In this document: in pieces, positions 1 through 9,311 of the stretch | Layout of the letters: each line of letters begins with the position of its first letter | Numbering within the stretch: the first letter of the stretch is position 1 | Origin: Escherichia phage vB_EcoM_AYO145A | Direction: 5' to 3' (one strand) | Sequence record: KR014248 | Length of the DNA: 64,000 nucleotides | Made by a program: the position numbers and the translations under genes | The notes under the pieces: model-generated | The model's input: the letters and a program-made list of their open reading frames with translations, nothing else | Database searches by the model: none | What the model was told of the DNA's origin: nothing

Positions 1-2292
1 ATGACACCTGAAATGTTCAGCCTTCTGAGTTCTGGTGTATATACATTTAAAGAGCGAGCAGTGATTCGTGAACTGTCATGTAACGCAGTAGATGCTCAGA
101 AAGAAGCTGGAAAAGAGAACATCCCATTCCATGTGCATTTACCTACTCGTTTTGAGCCTTACTTCGAAGTTCGTGATTTTGGAACTGGATTGACTCATGA
201 TAAAGTTATGAGTTTGTATCTGAACTACGGAGCTTCTACGAAGAATGACTCTAATGATTACATTGGTGCAATGGGTATCGGCTCAAAGTCACCATTTGCA
301 ATTGCTCAGTCATTCACAGTATCTAGCTATGTTGATGGTGTTGTTAATAAGTACTCTGTTTATCTTGAGAATGGTATTCCTCAAGTAACTAAGCTGACAA
401 CTAACCCAACAAAAGAACCTAATGGTTTAGCTGTACGTGTGGCAGTTGCTGACCACCGTATCTCAAAGTTCTTTGAAGAAGCTGGGAATGTGTACTCATA
501 CTTTGCTGTAAAACCAGAAAGTAATATTGTGTACGACGATGTATTAGCAGATATGAACGTCATTGCCCGTGAAGAGGGTGTTTATGATGCCATGATTCAT
601 AAGCAAAGCTGGCGTTCTAGTGGTAACAGGACAGAATTTAATGTGGTGATGGGTAACATTGCCTACCCTGTTAACATGGAAGCATTACTTGGTGATGATT
701 TCTTCAAAATCTTGCCAGAATTTTTCCGTAGGAGCGTAGACCTTGTAAACATCTACATGCCTATTGGTTCAGTCGCTATTGCAGCTTCTCGTGAAGCATT
801 GCAGATGAATGACACGACAAAAAATGTCATCATTGAGGCTACCAAAAAGATAACTGAAGCAATTACAAGGGATGTTATTAAGGGAGTTAATAGCCAACCT
901 ACACTTATGGATGCTGCACAGGCTTATGCAGAGTTACGTTTGAACTCACGAGAGATGTTTAATGCTGTGTGTCCAAAGCTAGAGTGGGGAGGTGTTAAGC
1001 TTGACTCTCTGGAAGAAGAATTGTTAAACATTCGTCGTGGAATTATCTACGCAGAAGACGGCTCAGTCATCTATGAACGTGACGGCAAAGGTAATATTAA
1101 GGTTGACAGTAAAGGAAACAACATTCCTAAAGTGGACTACCTATACAATCCAGTTGCTTATGTTAAGTTCAACTCTTTAGAGAGTAAGATTCGTGCAACA
1201 GCACTTTCCTACACTCAAGAGGCGAGCATGTTCAATATCTTTGGTGCAATGCGTAAAAGCCAAATTGAACAGTTTTTGTTTGTGATTAATGACCGTCGCA
1301 ATAAAAACGGAACTGAGAAGACTGTAGGCCGCAATCAGATTCTGCGTGGTGCATGTCGAGACTACGCCAGTGAGTCAAGCCTGTTTCACAGATACAATGG
1401 TATTGTGTTTGTATTCTCGACTGAAAAAGAGTTAGATGACTTAATCAATCTGCACAAACTTGATAAAAGCTTGTTAAAGATTGTGAAAATGTCTGATAAG
1501 GAACACCATTACCAGCGTAAAGAAGCTGTAAGAGGTGTTGTAAAACTCTGGAAAGCTGTTCCAGCAGAAGGTGTAGCCTCCTACAAAGAGGTGTCAGAGG
1601 ACTTAGACACAATTGAAGAGTCTCAGCTTTATATTAAGGCAGTAGGTGACACAGTTGATGGTAGATGTTTTTGCTCATCTCCAGAGGATGTAGCTAAGTC
1701 AGTTGCTAATGTTATTGGGAAGACAGTCTATGTTTTCCGAAAAGCAAATTGGAAAAAGATACCAGAAGACTGGATTGAAGTAGATGAGAAGCTCTTGAAC
1801 GACAGCTTAACTGATGTTCATTGGATTAATCATAACAGGTATATGACACGCATCTACATGAATGGTGTTCTTGACCTTACAAGTAGCTGGATTATTGCCA
1901 GAAACTTTACATTCAATAATAGGAAGATTTCTCGTGGTTATTGCTATTCACGGGATACAAACAAAACTATCTTCCTAGAAGGTAATGAAGAGGCTGTAGA
2001 GGCAATGTTCGGTAAAATCCAATACGTTGCTGCACAGTTTGCATACACTTACACTATTAGTCGGTTGCAAACTTTGAAAGAGTGCCTTGACAATGATACA
2101 AAGCTGTACAAGAAAATTAAGAAAGCTGGTGACCGTATGGTTATTAAGGTGACAAACTACCTTTCAAAAAGAAAACAAGAAAACTTCTTGCTTTCTCATT
2201 TAGATTGGAATAAAGTGTCACCCATCGAAGTGAGTAAGTTCTTAGGCTTTGATGTGAAGTGTGTTCCAGAAGGGACTACAATTTACGATTAA
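1..2292 (+). CDS. rIIA: rIIA-like protein (GHKL-type ATPase fold); may be 5'-truncated at window edge
   Basis: 763-aa ORF starting at base 1; N-terminal GHKL-like boxes (ELSCNAVDA, DFGTGL, GIGSKSPF); followed by an rIIB-like gene. Confidence 0.75.
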   Translation: MTPEMFSLLSSGVYTFKERAVIRELSCNAVDAQKEAGKENIPFHVHLPTRFEPYFEVRDFGTGLTHDKVMSLYLNYGASTKNDSNDYIGAMGIGSKSPFAIAQSFTVSSYVDGVVNKYSVYLENGIPQVTKLTTNPTKEPNGLAVRVAVADHRISKFFEEAGNVYSYFAVKPESNIVYDDVLADMNVIAREEGVYDAMIHKQSWRSSGNRTEFNVVMGNIAYPVNMEALLGDDFFKILPEFFRRSVDLVNIYMPIGSVAIAASREALQMNDTTKNVIIEATKKITEAITRDVIKGVNSQPTLMDAAQAYAELRLNSREMFNAVCPKLEWGGVKLDSLEEELLNIRRGIIYAEDGSVIYERDGKGNIKVDSKGNNIPKVDYLYNPVAYVKFNSLESKIRATALSYTQEASMFNIFGAMRKSQIEQFLFVINDRRNKNGTEKTVGRNQILRGACRDYASESSLFHRYNGIVFVFSTEKELDDLINLHKLDKSLLKIVKMSDKEHHYQRKEAVRGVVKLWKAVPAEGVASYKEVSEDLDTIEESQLYIKAVGDTVDGRCFCSSPEDVAKSVANVIGKTVYVFRKANWKKIPEDWIEVDEKLLNDSLTDVHWINHNRYMTRIYMNGVLDLTSSWIIARNFTFNNRKISRGYCYSRDTNKTIFLEGNEEAVEAMFGKIQYVAAQFAYTYTISRLQTLKECLDNDTKLYKKIKKAGDRMVIKVTNYLSKRKQENFLLSHLDWNKVSPIEVSKFLGFDVKCVPEGTTIYD

Positions 2293-2295
2293 AGT

Positions 2296-2330
2296 ATTTG
2301 ACAAGGGGCTTCAAAGCCCCTTAGAATAAC
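2296..2330 (+). promoter_or_regulatory. sigma70-like promoter with palindrome in spacer (TTGACA-N18-TAGAAT)
   Basis: TTGACA followed by hairpin AAGGGGCTtcaaAGCCCCTT then TAGAAT, about 40 nt upstream of the rIIB start. Confidence 0.45.
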
Positions 2331-2371
2331 CTCACAAAATGATTTATTAACTAACAAGAGAGAGTAACAAG

Positions 2372-3481
2372 ATGACTACTAAAACTAAAGCACAGATTGA
2401 CGCAGAAATTTACAAACTGGTTAAAGAAGGCAAGCTGACTAAAACAGCTATTGCACAGAAGTTCAATACTTCAACCCGTTCAGTTGGTCGTGCTGTAGAG
2501 CGTCATGAAGCAACCTTAAAGGGTAAGAAAAAGGCAGCTTCGACACCAGCTACGAAGACTTTGAAGCAAGTTGCTAAGACCTTTAAGAAGAAAGCTGGCA
2601 AACCAGTTGAAAAGGTCGTTAAAGACGCTGTACAGAAAGCTCCAGTAAATAAACTGCATGAAGCTATGCAGAAAGATGACAAGATTGAGTACATGATTAC
2701 TGGTGACTCTGTAATTATGACTTACGGTTCAGAGTCTGAAATTGTTGAATCTACTCATCCGAACTATCAAGAGATTGTAGTTCATGTTGTGAAAGGTGAG
2801 TTTAAGAAAGCCTTTGAACTGATGAACATTCGTAAGTCTATCGAAAACTTCACTCAGGGTGCTATCACAATCAAAGGTGACAAACTATTCTACGGTGCTG
2901 TTGAGATGCGTTCTACTCTGGTTGACCGTATTCTTCACATGATGAAGACTGGAGATAAAGGTTTTGAACGCCTTGTAATGTTCTTTGAAAAACTGATGGA
3001 AAACCCATCTAAAGATTCTGTAGAACAACTTTGGGGCTTCGTATCTCACCTTGATGTTGAAATTGATGAAGAAGGCTACATCATTGGTTGGAAGAAAGTA
3101 TCTACTCGTGAAGGCAAGCTGGTTGACTCCCACACCTACAGAGTACCTAATGATTTAGGTAACATTGTAGAAATGCCACGTTGGATGGTTGATAATAACC
3201 GTAACGTGACTTGCTCTCAAGGTCTTCATGTTGGTGCTTGGGATTATGTTCGTTGCTTCTCAGGTGATACAATTCTGAAGGTTCGTGTCCATCCACGAGA
3301 TGTTGTATCTGTTCCGACTGATTACAACGATATGAAGATGCGTTCATCCCGTTATGAAGTTGCAGCAATCGTTGATAATCAACGTAAAGTGCTGGAAGCA
3401 TGGGATGGTAAGACTGAAGCTTTGCATGTCATCGTTGGCACTGCTGGAGAACTCATCTCCCAACGTAAACGTGAAATCTAA
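2372..3481 (+). CDS. rIIB: rIIB-like protein
   Basis: 369-aa ORF directly downstream of rIIA; C-terminal VHPRDVVSVPTDYND region matches my recollection of rIIB; synteny. Confidence 0.6.
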   Translation: MTTKTKAQIDAEIYKLVKEGKLTKTAIAQKFNTSTRSVGRAVERHEATLKGKKKAASTPATKTLKQVAKTFKKKAGKPVEKVVKDAVQKAPVNKLHEAMQKDDKIEYMITGDSVIMTYGSESEIVESTHPNYQEIVVHVVKGEFKKAFELMNIRKSIENFTQGAITIKGDKLFYGAVEMRSTLVDRILHMMKTGDKGFERLVMFFEKLMENPSKDSVEQLWGFVSHLDVEIDEEGYIIGWKKVSTREGKLVDSHTYRVPNDLGNIVEMPRWMVDNNRNVTCSQGLHVGAWDYVRCFSGDTILKVRVHPRDVVSVPTDYNDMKMRSSRYEVAAIVDNQRKVLEAWDGKTEALHVIVGTAGELISQRKREI

Positions 3482-3499
3482 TAAGTAATTTCTTAAAAG

Positions 3500-3528
3500 G
3501 CTGCTTCGGCGGCCTTTTTATTTGTATT
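3500..3528 (+). terminator. rho-independent terminator
   Basis: AGGCTGCttcgGCGGCCT hairpin followed by TTTTTATTT, just after the rIIB stop. Confidence 0.6.
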
Positions 3529-3580
3529 TTGTGCAGAGTGCTGTATAATTGTTGTCACGATAAACTAAACAGGAGAACCA

Positions 3581-4129
3581 ATGAAGAAGTTGATTCTAGG
3601 TTTGTGCTTAATGTTTACAGCACACTTATCTTATGCAGTTGACTGCCCAGAGCTATCAATTAGCCAAAAAGTAAACATGTTAAAAGCTTACCAGTATGGT
3701 GAGAATAACATGGGCAAAGGTTGGGGTATCACTCTAGCTGCTATAGCCTTACAAGAGTCAGAGTTAGGTCTGAAGGTAGAGAATAAAAAGACACACGATT
3801 ATGGTATTTTCCAGAATCACTTGAAGACTGTTGTAAAGCGTAACAAAATTAGCCCTAATGTGGCTAAAAAGAAACTCTTAAGAGACTTTGATTATGCTGC
3901 GAAGGAAACTCACAAAGAGCTTGAGTTTTGGACGAAGGTACATGGTCAACCAAAGTCAAAGAAGACTTTACAAAAAGTTTTAGCATCATATAATGCTGGG
4001 TATTCGTACAAAATTCCTAAAGCTAAGAAATACTCTCAAGATGTCTATAACAATATGAAAGTTATTGCTCAATGTGAATTTGCAACAAACATTTCTAAGG
4101 TAAATCATGAAAAAATTAAGAAAGTCTGA
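3581..4129 (+). CDS. secreted lytic transglycosylase (SLT domain)
   Basis: N-terminal signal peptide MKKLILGLCLMFTAHLSYA; SLT motifs AIALQESELG (catalytic Glu-Ser) and SYNAGYSY. Confidence 0.6.
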   Translation: MKKLILGLCLMFTAHLSYAVDCPELSISQKVNMLKAYQYGENNMGKGWGITLAAIALQESELGLKVENKKTHDYGIFQNHLKTVVKRNKISPNVAKKKLLRDFDYAAKETHKELEFWTKVHGQPKSKKTLQKVLASYNAGYSYKIPKAKKYSQDVYNNMKVIAQCEFATNISKVNHEKIKKV

Positions 4130-4802
4130 TGAAGTCCTGTGTCATGCTTACGACTTGCATCCTCATGAGTTAGGTCTTGATTCCTGTGTATGGACTCCAG
4201 AACAGTGTAGGGATTTTGAAGATACTGCAAGAGAAGTTGTATGTTCACTTGAAGAGTTCCACACATCAGAACCAATTGTGAACGTTGTGGACAAAGAGAC
4301 TGGACAATCTATAGGTGTAAGACGTGACAGCTTAGTCATAGTCAATAAAGACCTTGTAGAAAAAGGTAACCTTATCTTAGCAGACATTGATGGTGTTCTT
4401 ACAAATTTTAATCACGAAGATTACTCAACGGAATTGATTGATGGGTCATTTTCACAGTACACTAATTTGCTTGACTCTGTAAGTGCAAAGCCAACGTATG
4501 TTTTCAATATCATTGATGCAATTGCTAATCATGCTGCCATTGGACTCTTGACAGCTAGAGGTGAATCTCAGAGAATCCCTACTGAGATGTTTTTAAGGCA
4601 TTACATAGAGCATGATTACATGCTTTTTATGCGTGGTTTTGGAACTAACTCTATAAATGCAGAAAGTTTGAAAGTGAGGATGATTCAGTCTTGCATTCTT
4701 CCTTACTTTAATATAGTATGCTTTATAGAAGATACAGAGAAGAATGTTCAGAAGGTAAACAGAATCCTTCCACACATTAAAACCATGTTAGTTAAACATT
4801 GA
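4107..4802 (+). CDS. HAD-like hydrolase, possible nucleotidase
   Basis: 231-aa ORF; LILADIDGVLT resembles HAD motif I (DxDGT/V), but the motif sits unusually far from the N-terminus. Confidence 0.35.
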   Translation: MKKLRKSDEVLCHAYDLHPHELGLDSCVWTPEQCRDFEDTAREVVCSLEEFHTSEPIVNVVDKETGQSIGVRRDSLVIVNKDLVEKGNLILADIDGVLTNFNHEDYSTELIDGSFSQYTNLLDSVSAKPTYVFNIIDAIANHAAIGLLTARGESQRIPTEMFLRHYIEHDYMLFMRGFGTNSINAESLKVRMIQSCILPYFNIVCFIEDTEKNVQKVNRILPHIKTMLVKH

Positions 4803-5278
4803 GAGAAGAACTTATGAACAATATCATTACGGTAGCACTGGACGATACGGCAAACAAATCTGAAGTAGTTCGTAAAATGATTCAAGGTAACTTTGAAGGT
4901 AAAATTTTCCGTGCTGTTAATGTAAAAGCTGATGGTAGCATTCGTGAATATCGTGCATTGTTGAACGTTAAGAAGCACGTAAAAGGTGTTGGTTCAACGA
5001 CTGCACACAAAGAAAACCTGATGACTATCTATGATATGGGTAAGGCTTCAGAGTTAGGTGCTGAAGGTATCGTTAAAGAAGGTGCTCCGTATCGCTCTTT
5101 CAATCTGGAAACTGCTCTTATGCTTTCCTTTACAAGTGGTTCCAAAACAATCACTTATCTCTTTACTGATGCTGCAACGGTATCTGCTATTAAGGATAGC
5201 ACTGTCAAAGCTGGCGTAGTTGCTGCTGCAAAAGCTTCTTCGATGGCTGCGAATATCCTTGCTAAAGTCCTCGGTTAA
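4799..5278 (+). CDS. hypothetical protein
   Basis: 159-aa ORF in co-directional gene string; the start may be the ATG at 4814. Confidence 0.5.
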   Translation: MREELMNNIITVALDDTANKSEVVRKMIQGNFEGKIFRAVNVKADGSIREYRALLNVKKHVKGVGSTTAHKENLMTIYDMGKASELGAEGIVKEGAPYRSFNLETALMLSFTSGSKTITYLFTDAATVSAIKDSTVKAGVVAAAKASSMAANILAKVLG

Positions 5279-5290
5279 GGTTAAGATACA

Positions 5291-5312
5291 GGCTCCTTCG
5301 GGAGCCTTTTTC
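5291..5312 (+). terminator. rho-independent terminator
   Basis: GGCTCCttcgGGAGCC hairpin followed by TTTTT. Confidence 0.65.
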
Positions 5313-5330
5313 ATTTCAGGAGATTGTTAA

Positions 5331-5678
5331 ATGACATTTAAAGAGTTTTGTCAAGCTACTTTCATAATTGTTTTCTTAGTTGGGGCAGGTGTCTGGGGAG
5401 GATACTCTTACAGAGACTACCAAGTTGCTGAAACTGAGCTAAATAATGAGAAACTAATAAGTGTTGCCAAAGATGCTTATCAGGAAGGTTTAGCCACACT
5501 CAGCACCAATTACAAAAATGATTTGAAAGACGTGCTTGCTAAGAATAAGCATACAAAAGAGGTACTAACGTATGAAAAGACTAAGCCAGAGTTTTATAAT
5601 GTTTGTGTTACTGATAATTATGTCAGGGTGTTCAACGAACAAAGTGAACAGTACATTCAAAAACTCCCAAGTAAGTGA
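5331..5678 (+). CDS. i-spanin-like membrane protein
   Basis: 115 aa; N-terminal hydrophobic TM segment (FIIVFLVGAGVWGG) then a polar/coiled region; its 3' end overlaps the next lipoprotein ORF in another frame. Confidence 0.4.
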   Translation: MTFKEFCQATFIIVFLVGAGVWGGYSYRDYQVAETELNNEKLISVAKDAYQEGLATLSTNYKNDLKDVLAKNKHTKEVLTYEKTKPEFYNVCVTDNYVRVFNEQSEQYIQKLPSK

Positions 5679-5841
5679 GAGTGACAAGTACACTCAAGAA
5701 GAGTCAAGATTCACTGTCAAAGGTAATACTGGTAGTGATGTGGCAGCAGCCCTTGAGTTTTATCGTGATGGTTTTTACCAGTGCACAATCAAAGCTAATA
5801 ACCTTATTGATATGATTTTATTAGGAAACAAACAGCAATGA
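5572..5841 (+). CDS. o-spanin-like lipoprotein
   Basis: signal peptide ending in lipobox-like IMSGC; the start may be the internal ATG at 5599; overlaps the upstream membrane-protein gene (Rz/Rz1-like arrangement). Confidence 0.4.
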   Translation: MKRLSQSFIMFVLLIIMSGCSTNKVNSTFKNSQVSESDKYTQEESRFTVKGNTGSDVAAALEFYRDGFYQCTIKANNLIDMILLGNKQQ

Positions 5842-6107
5842 CAGAGAATGAAGACACTTTCTATGTAGAAGGGTACTTACTGCTACCACGACCAAAAGAA
5901 ACTTATATGCGGGTTGATTTCTCACCAACCATTATGGATAACGTGATGTGTCATATCTTTATGCAAGGTGTCACAGCACAGCTTAAGCATGTTGGTAAAG
6001 AGTGCAAAATAAAGGTTGACACTCATCCAGAAATCAAAGAGAATCACTACACATGGTTCTTACCAGACTCTAAAGAAATCTTAGCAGTTCTTAAAACGAG
6101 GAAATGA
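5838..6107 (+). CDS. hypothetical protein
   Basis: 89-aa ORF, start overlaps upstream stop. Confidence 0.5.
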   Translation: MTENEDTFYVEGYLLLPRPKETYMRVDFSPTIMDNVMCHIFMQGVTAQLKHVGKECKIKVDTHPEIKENHYTWFLPDSKEILAVLKTRK

Positions 6108-6415
6108 TTATGCAATTCCAGCCAACAAATCGTGGATTTTCTTATGCAGAATTTAAAGATGCTAAAGGGGAAATTTGTACTTTACAAGAGAGTTCATCAT
6201 ATGAACCATGTATCTGGTTAGGTGCTAAAGAGGTCTCTGTTCAGTACCTAGATGGTGGCTGGAAAACACTTGATATCCCAGCATTAGTAGGCAAAGATTT
6301 TGTAGGTAACCAAAGAATGAAACTCAATCAAGAACAGGTAAAAGAACTGTTGCCGTACCTTCAATACTTTGCTGAAAATGGTGAATTACCAACAGAGGAA
6401 CTTACAAATGGGTGA
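6104..6415 (+). CDS. hypothetical protein
   Basis: 103-aa ORF, coupled ATGA overlap with upstream gene. Confidence 0.5.
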   Translation: MIMQFQPTNRGFSYAEFKDAKGEICTLQESSSYEPCIWLGAKEVSVQYLDGGWKTLDIPALVGKDFVGNQRMKLNQEQVKELLPYLQYFAENGELPTEELTNG

Positions 6416-6812
6416 CTGTGCAGATGATGCAGACCGTTGGGCTGAACTTCAAGACTTAAGAGCAGAGTTTAGAGACATCTTAGTGAGGTCTTCTAAAACA
6501 AATGTAGAGTACACACAAAAGGATTTTCCAAAGGTTCCTTTGTATGTTATACACCAAAATAATCTAATGAACTCTGGATTAAGTTTGCAACAAAGGATGG
6601 AAATTTGCCTAGCAAGGTATTACATTAATGTTGACGCCAAAGTTGGTGAATTGATTAAGTGTCCGTGCTGTAATCTTGAATTTAAGAAGAAGACATACCA
6701 ACAAAAGTTTTGTGGAGTTAAAAAGAGAGGTCGCTCTAACTGTAAAGACTTCTTCTTTAATTTCACTGACTTAAAAAGAAATAACAGAGCTAAGTTCTTT
6801 ATTGTGGGGTGA
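6369..6812 (+). CDS. hypothetical protein with CPCC/CxxC motif
   Basis: 147-aa ORF; start more likely the ATG at 6405 (GAGGA RBS); contains CPCCN...C. Confidence 0.45.
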   Translation: MLKMVNYQQRNLQMGDCADDADRWAELQDLRAEFRDILVRSSKTNVEYTQKDFPKVPLYVIHQNNLMNSGLSLQQRMEICLARYYINVDAKVGELIKCPCCNLEFKKKTYQQKFCGVKKRGRSNCKDFFFNFTDLKRNNRAKFFIVG

Positions 6813-7141
6813 TTATGGAAGTGAACGGTAAAACCATTGTAGCTGTCATCCAAGATAGTGAAAAAGATATTGGTGTAGCACAAGTCACATATGGTAACGG
6901 TAAGTTCCTATATGGTGTTGTGGCAATGGTAGGGACAAGGGGTGATACAAAAACTTTCAAAGATTGTGTTGACCTTCTTGAAGAATCCATCCATAATCAT
7001 TGGTGTCTGATATGGATGACTGACAACGAAGTGATAGAACGCTTCAAAAAGATTGGTATCAACATTGATGGTATTGAGCATGTTGATTTATACGAACTAA
7101 CTGAGAAGGTAAACTATGAAAGTAATACTAGCCAGAGATAA
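6809..7141 (+). CDS. hypothetical protein
   Basis: 110-aa ORF with coupled start. Confidence 0.5.
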   Translation: MIMEVNGKTIVAVIQDSEKDIGVAQVTYGNGKFLYGVVAMVGTRGDTKTFKDCVDLLEESIHNHWCLIWMTDNEVIERFKKIGINIDGIEHVDLYELTEKVNYESNTSQR

Positions 7142-7343
7142 AAAGACACGAAAACTTATCAGGTCAGCAGTGTTCATTGGACGAAATGAGGTCATCCCAT
7201 TTACAGCAAATGATGTGATAGCTTACAGGAAGAACTTAGTATTCACTGACTGCTTACGTGGCTTCATCTCTGAACCATTGGAAGACTTTAAAAGTCGTTG
7301 TGGTAAAGGCATCATCATTCAAGAGGCAATTATTCATGGCTGA
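7116..7343 (+). CDS. hypothetical protein
   Basis: 75-aa ORF. Confidence 0.4.
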   Translation: MKVILARDKKTRKLIRSAVFIGRNEVIPFTANDVIAYRKNLVFTDCLRGFISEPLEDFKSRCGKGIIIQEAIIHG

Positions 7344-7536
7344 CTTCTGTAAAGACTGTTCTATCGAAATGTTCGGACGTGATACAGGTGACTTAAAAGG
7401 TCTCATCACTGAAGATGACTTTAAAGCTGGTTATGCAATGCCAGTAATCTGTGAAGGTTGTGGGTGTATCTGGGTAGACCACAAAGGGCAACGTGTAAAA
7501 CCTTCAGAAGACAAAGAATCTTGGGAGAGATGTTAA
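7336..7536 (+). CDS. small zinc-ribbon-like protein
   Basis: internal ATG of the 7258 ORF with AGAGG RBS; CKDCS...CEGCGC cysteine pairs. Confidence 0.4.
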   Translation: MADFCKDCSIEMFGRDTGDLKGLITEDDFKAGYAMPVICEGCGCIWVDHKGQRVKPSEDKESWERC

Positions 7537-8322
7537 ATGGGTATTGTAAAAATTATCAATGGTAATATCTTTGACGCATTTGATAAAGGTAAGTTTGACA
7601 TCATTGGTCATGGTTGCAACTGTATGAATTTCATGGGTGCAGGTATTGCAGCAACTATTTCTAAGCGTTATCCAAAAGTGTATGATACTGATACAGAAGT
7701 TTACCTGTTTGCAGGTGGCATTCGTCACAAACCCTGTGAAAATTTACTAGGTAATTTCTCTGTAGCACGTTTAAAACAAGGTCGTATAGCTAACCTTTAC
7801 ACCCAACTTCATACTGGTAAAGATGCCCGATACAGTGCTTTAGAGTCATCTTTGAAGCAGCTTAACAGATACTGTGAAGTCAATCAGTTGAAGAAAGTTG
7901 GGTTACCTATGATTGGTGCAGGTATCGGTGGGCTAGACCCTCAAGCCGTCACAGTTATCATCAATCAGGTGATGAAGAGTGTAGATGTTTATCTATATGT
8001 CTATGAAGGAGAGATGTACCACAAGTTACGCTCAGGTTGGAAGAACTACTGTGAACCAGAATACTTTGCAGGTGTAGTTGTGTTCACGGATAATGCAGTT
8101 ACCCTCTTCAGACGAAGAAAAGGTAAGATACATCAAAGTAACCCTCCGGTTGAAAAGATGTCTCTAAGTAACGCTCTAGTTACCCACCTGTCGAAGAGCA
8201 ATCACGGGATTGCAGTAACATTTGGCAGTGATGCAGATACTTACATCTATGCAAGAACTGATGAGGATATCGAGACAGTTTTCTCTTCGCCAGAAGTTAC
8301 CTTCTTAGACGCAAAGAACTAA
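7537..8322 (+). CDS. macro-domain protein (TARG1/OARD1/DarG-like ADP-ribose hydrolase)
   Basis: IIGHGCNCMNFMGAGIAATI and GLPMIGAGIGGLDP resemble the TARG1/DarG-type macro signature (H-C-x-x-C...MGAGIA, P-x-IGCG-x-D) as I recall it. Confidence 0.6.
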   Translation: MGIVKIINGNIFDAFDKGKFDIIGHGCNCMNFMGAGIAATISKRYPKVYDTDTEVYLFAGGIRHKPCENLLGNFSVARLKQGRIANLYTQLHTGKDARYSALESSLKQLNRYCEVNQLKKVGLPMIGAGIGGLDPQAVTVIINQVMKSVDVYLYVYEGEMYHKLRSGWKNYCEPEYFAGVVVFTDNAVTLFRRRKGKIHQSNPPVEKMSLSNALVTHLSKSNHGIAVTFGSDADTYIYARTDEDIETVFSSPEVTFLDAKN

Positions 8323-8351
8323 GAAACTTCGTAGGATATTCACAATAGACT

Positions 8352-8398
8352 AAGCCTTTCTTATCTGGTAAATTTTTCAGGTAAGGAGGGCTTTTTCA
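8352..8398 (+). terminator. imperfect hairpin plus T-run
   Basis: AGCCTTTCTTATCTGG ... CAGGTAAGGAGGGCT followed by TTTTT. Confidence 0.4.
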
Positions 8399-8590
8399 TT
8401 TCAGAATTGTGCAGGTATATTTCTATAGAGAAATCTGTAGAGAAAATTTTGAACTCCAAAGAGAAAATTCATTTTCAAACTGTGCAGGTAATCTCCAAAG
8501 ACCTTTTTCATTTTCAAAACGTGCAGAGAAAAATCAGGTCGGGCAAGAAAAATCATTTTAGAATTGTGCAGGTAGGTGGGTGCAGGTGGG
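8397..8590 (+). repeat. four direct repeats CATTTTCARAAYTGTGCAGGTA
   Basis: copies at about 8397, 8470, 8509, 8554, plus GGTGGGTGCAGGTGGGG; non-coding. Confidence 0.6.
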
Positions 8591-8750
8591 GATGTCGCCA
8601 TTTCTCACAAGGCTACCACATCTGAAAAGAAAAGTCAACAGAAAAATTTGTAGCGGATTGAAAAATAATTCTTGATTGTAGTTCTGTTTTGTGGTAGTCG
8701 CGCGCACCCGTTTCATTACAATCTTTGCAAAAATATTTTTAAAATTTTTC

Positions 8751-8779
8751 TTGACTCTTTGAACGGGGTTATCTAGTAT
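8751..8779 (+). promoter_or_regulatory. sigma70-like promoter (TTGACT-N17-TAGTAT)
   Basis: upstream of the first small-ORF cassette. Confidence 0.45.
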
Positions 8780-8842
8780 TTGCATCAACGGGGAGGGAAT
8801 GACCTTCCCCACTAAATAAAGTCCTAAACTGGAGATTCAAAA

Positions 8843-9223
8843 ATGAAATACCGTGCACCTAAATTCATCAACAAAGACAACTTTCGCAACGCACTGGAGA
8901 AGTCACTTGATGAAAATTTTAAAGGTAATGTTATTGTTGTTCACTCGTTTAATTTTAAGTATGATGTAAACGGGAATAGAATCAACCATTACACGGCAAC
9001 CATGTTAGATGGTACACTTTCAAGTGAAAAAGCCATTTTACATGCACTTGCAGGACGTGGTAAAAACCTGATAAGATGCGATAAGAGACGTTATCAGGGT
9101 GGCGCATATGGTTATGATGATGCTGTTTATCATCTTGAAAATATGGGCTATTCAGTGGAAAAAGCTGGAGTGTCTCAAATAATCGGCAGTGACGGCTATG
9201 TGACAATTTTCAAAATTAACTGA
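8843..9223 (+). CDS. hypothetical small protein (leader-cassette gene 1)
   Basis: 126-aa ORF with type A leader. Confidence 0.6.
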   Translation: MKYRAPKFINKDNFRNALEKSLDENFKGNVIVVHSFNFKYDVNGNRINHYTATMLDGTLSSEKAILHALAGRGKNLIRCDKRRYQGGAYGYDDAVYHLENMGYSVEKAGVSQIIGSDGYVTIFKIN

Positions 9224-9311
9224 TAAAGTACTTTACAAGGGGCTTATAGTTCGATAAAGTAAGCCCCAGATAAAGAGCTTTACCACTAAATCCTAAATTG
9301 GAGATTCAAAA

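Noticed and set aside
381-563. Short antisense ORFs inside rIIA, rIIB, terminase, portal and other long genes
   Set aside because: 60-100 aa ORFs fully embedded antisense in well-supported genes, without RBS or upstream signals; treated as chance ORFs.
8401-8625. ORFs 8401..8601 (minus) and 8407..8625 (plus) from the six-frame track
   Set aside because: They lie entirely within the CATTTTCARAAYTGTGCAGGTA direct-repeat region, have no RBS, and their reading frames are generated by the repeats.
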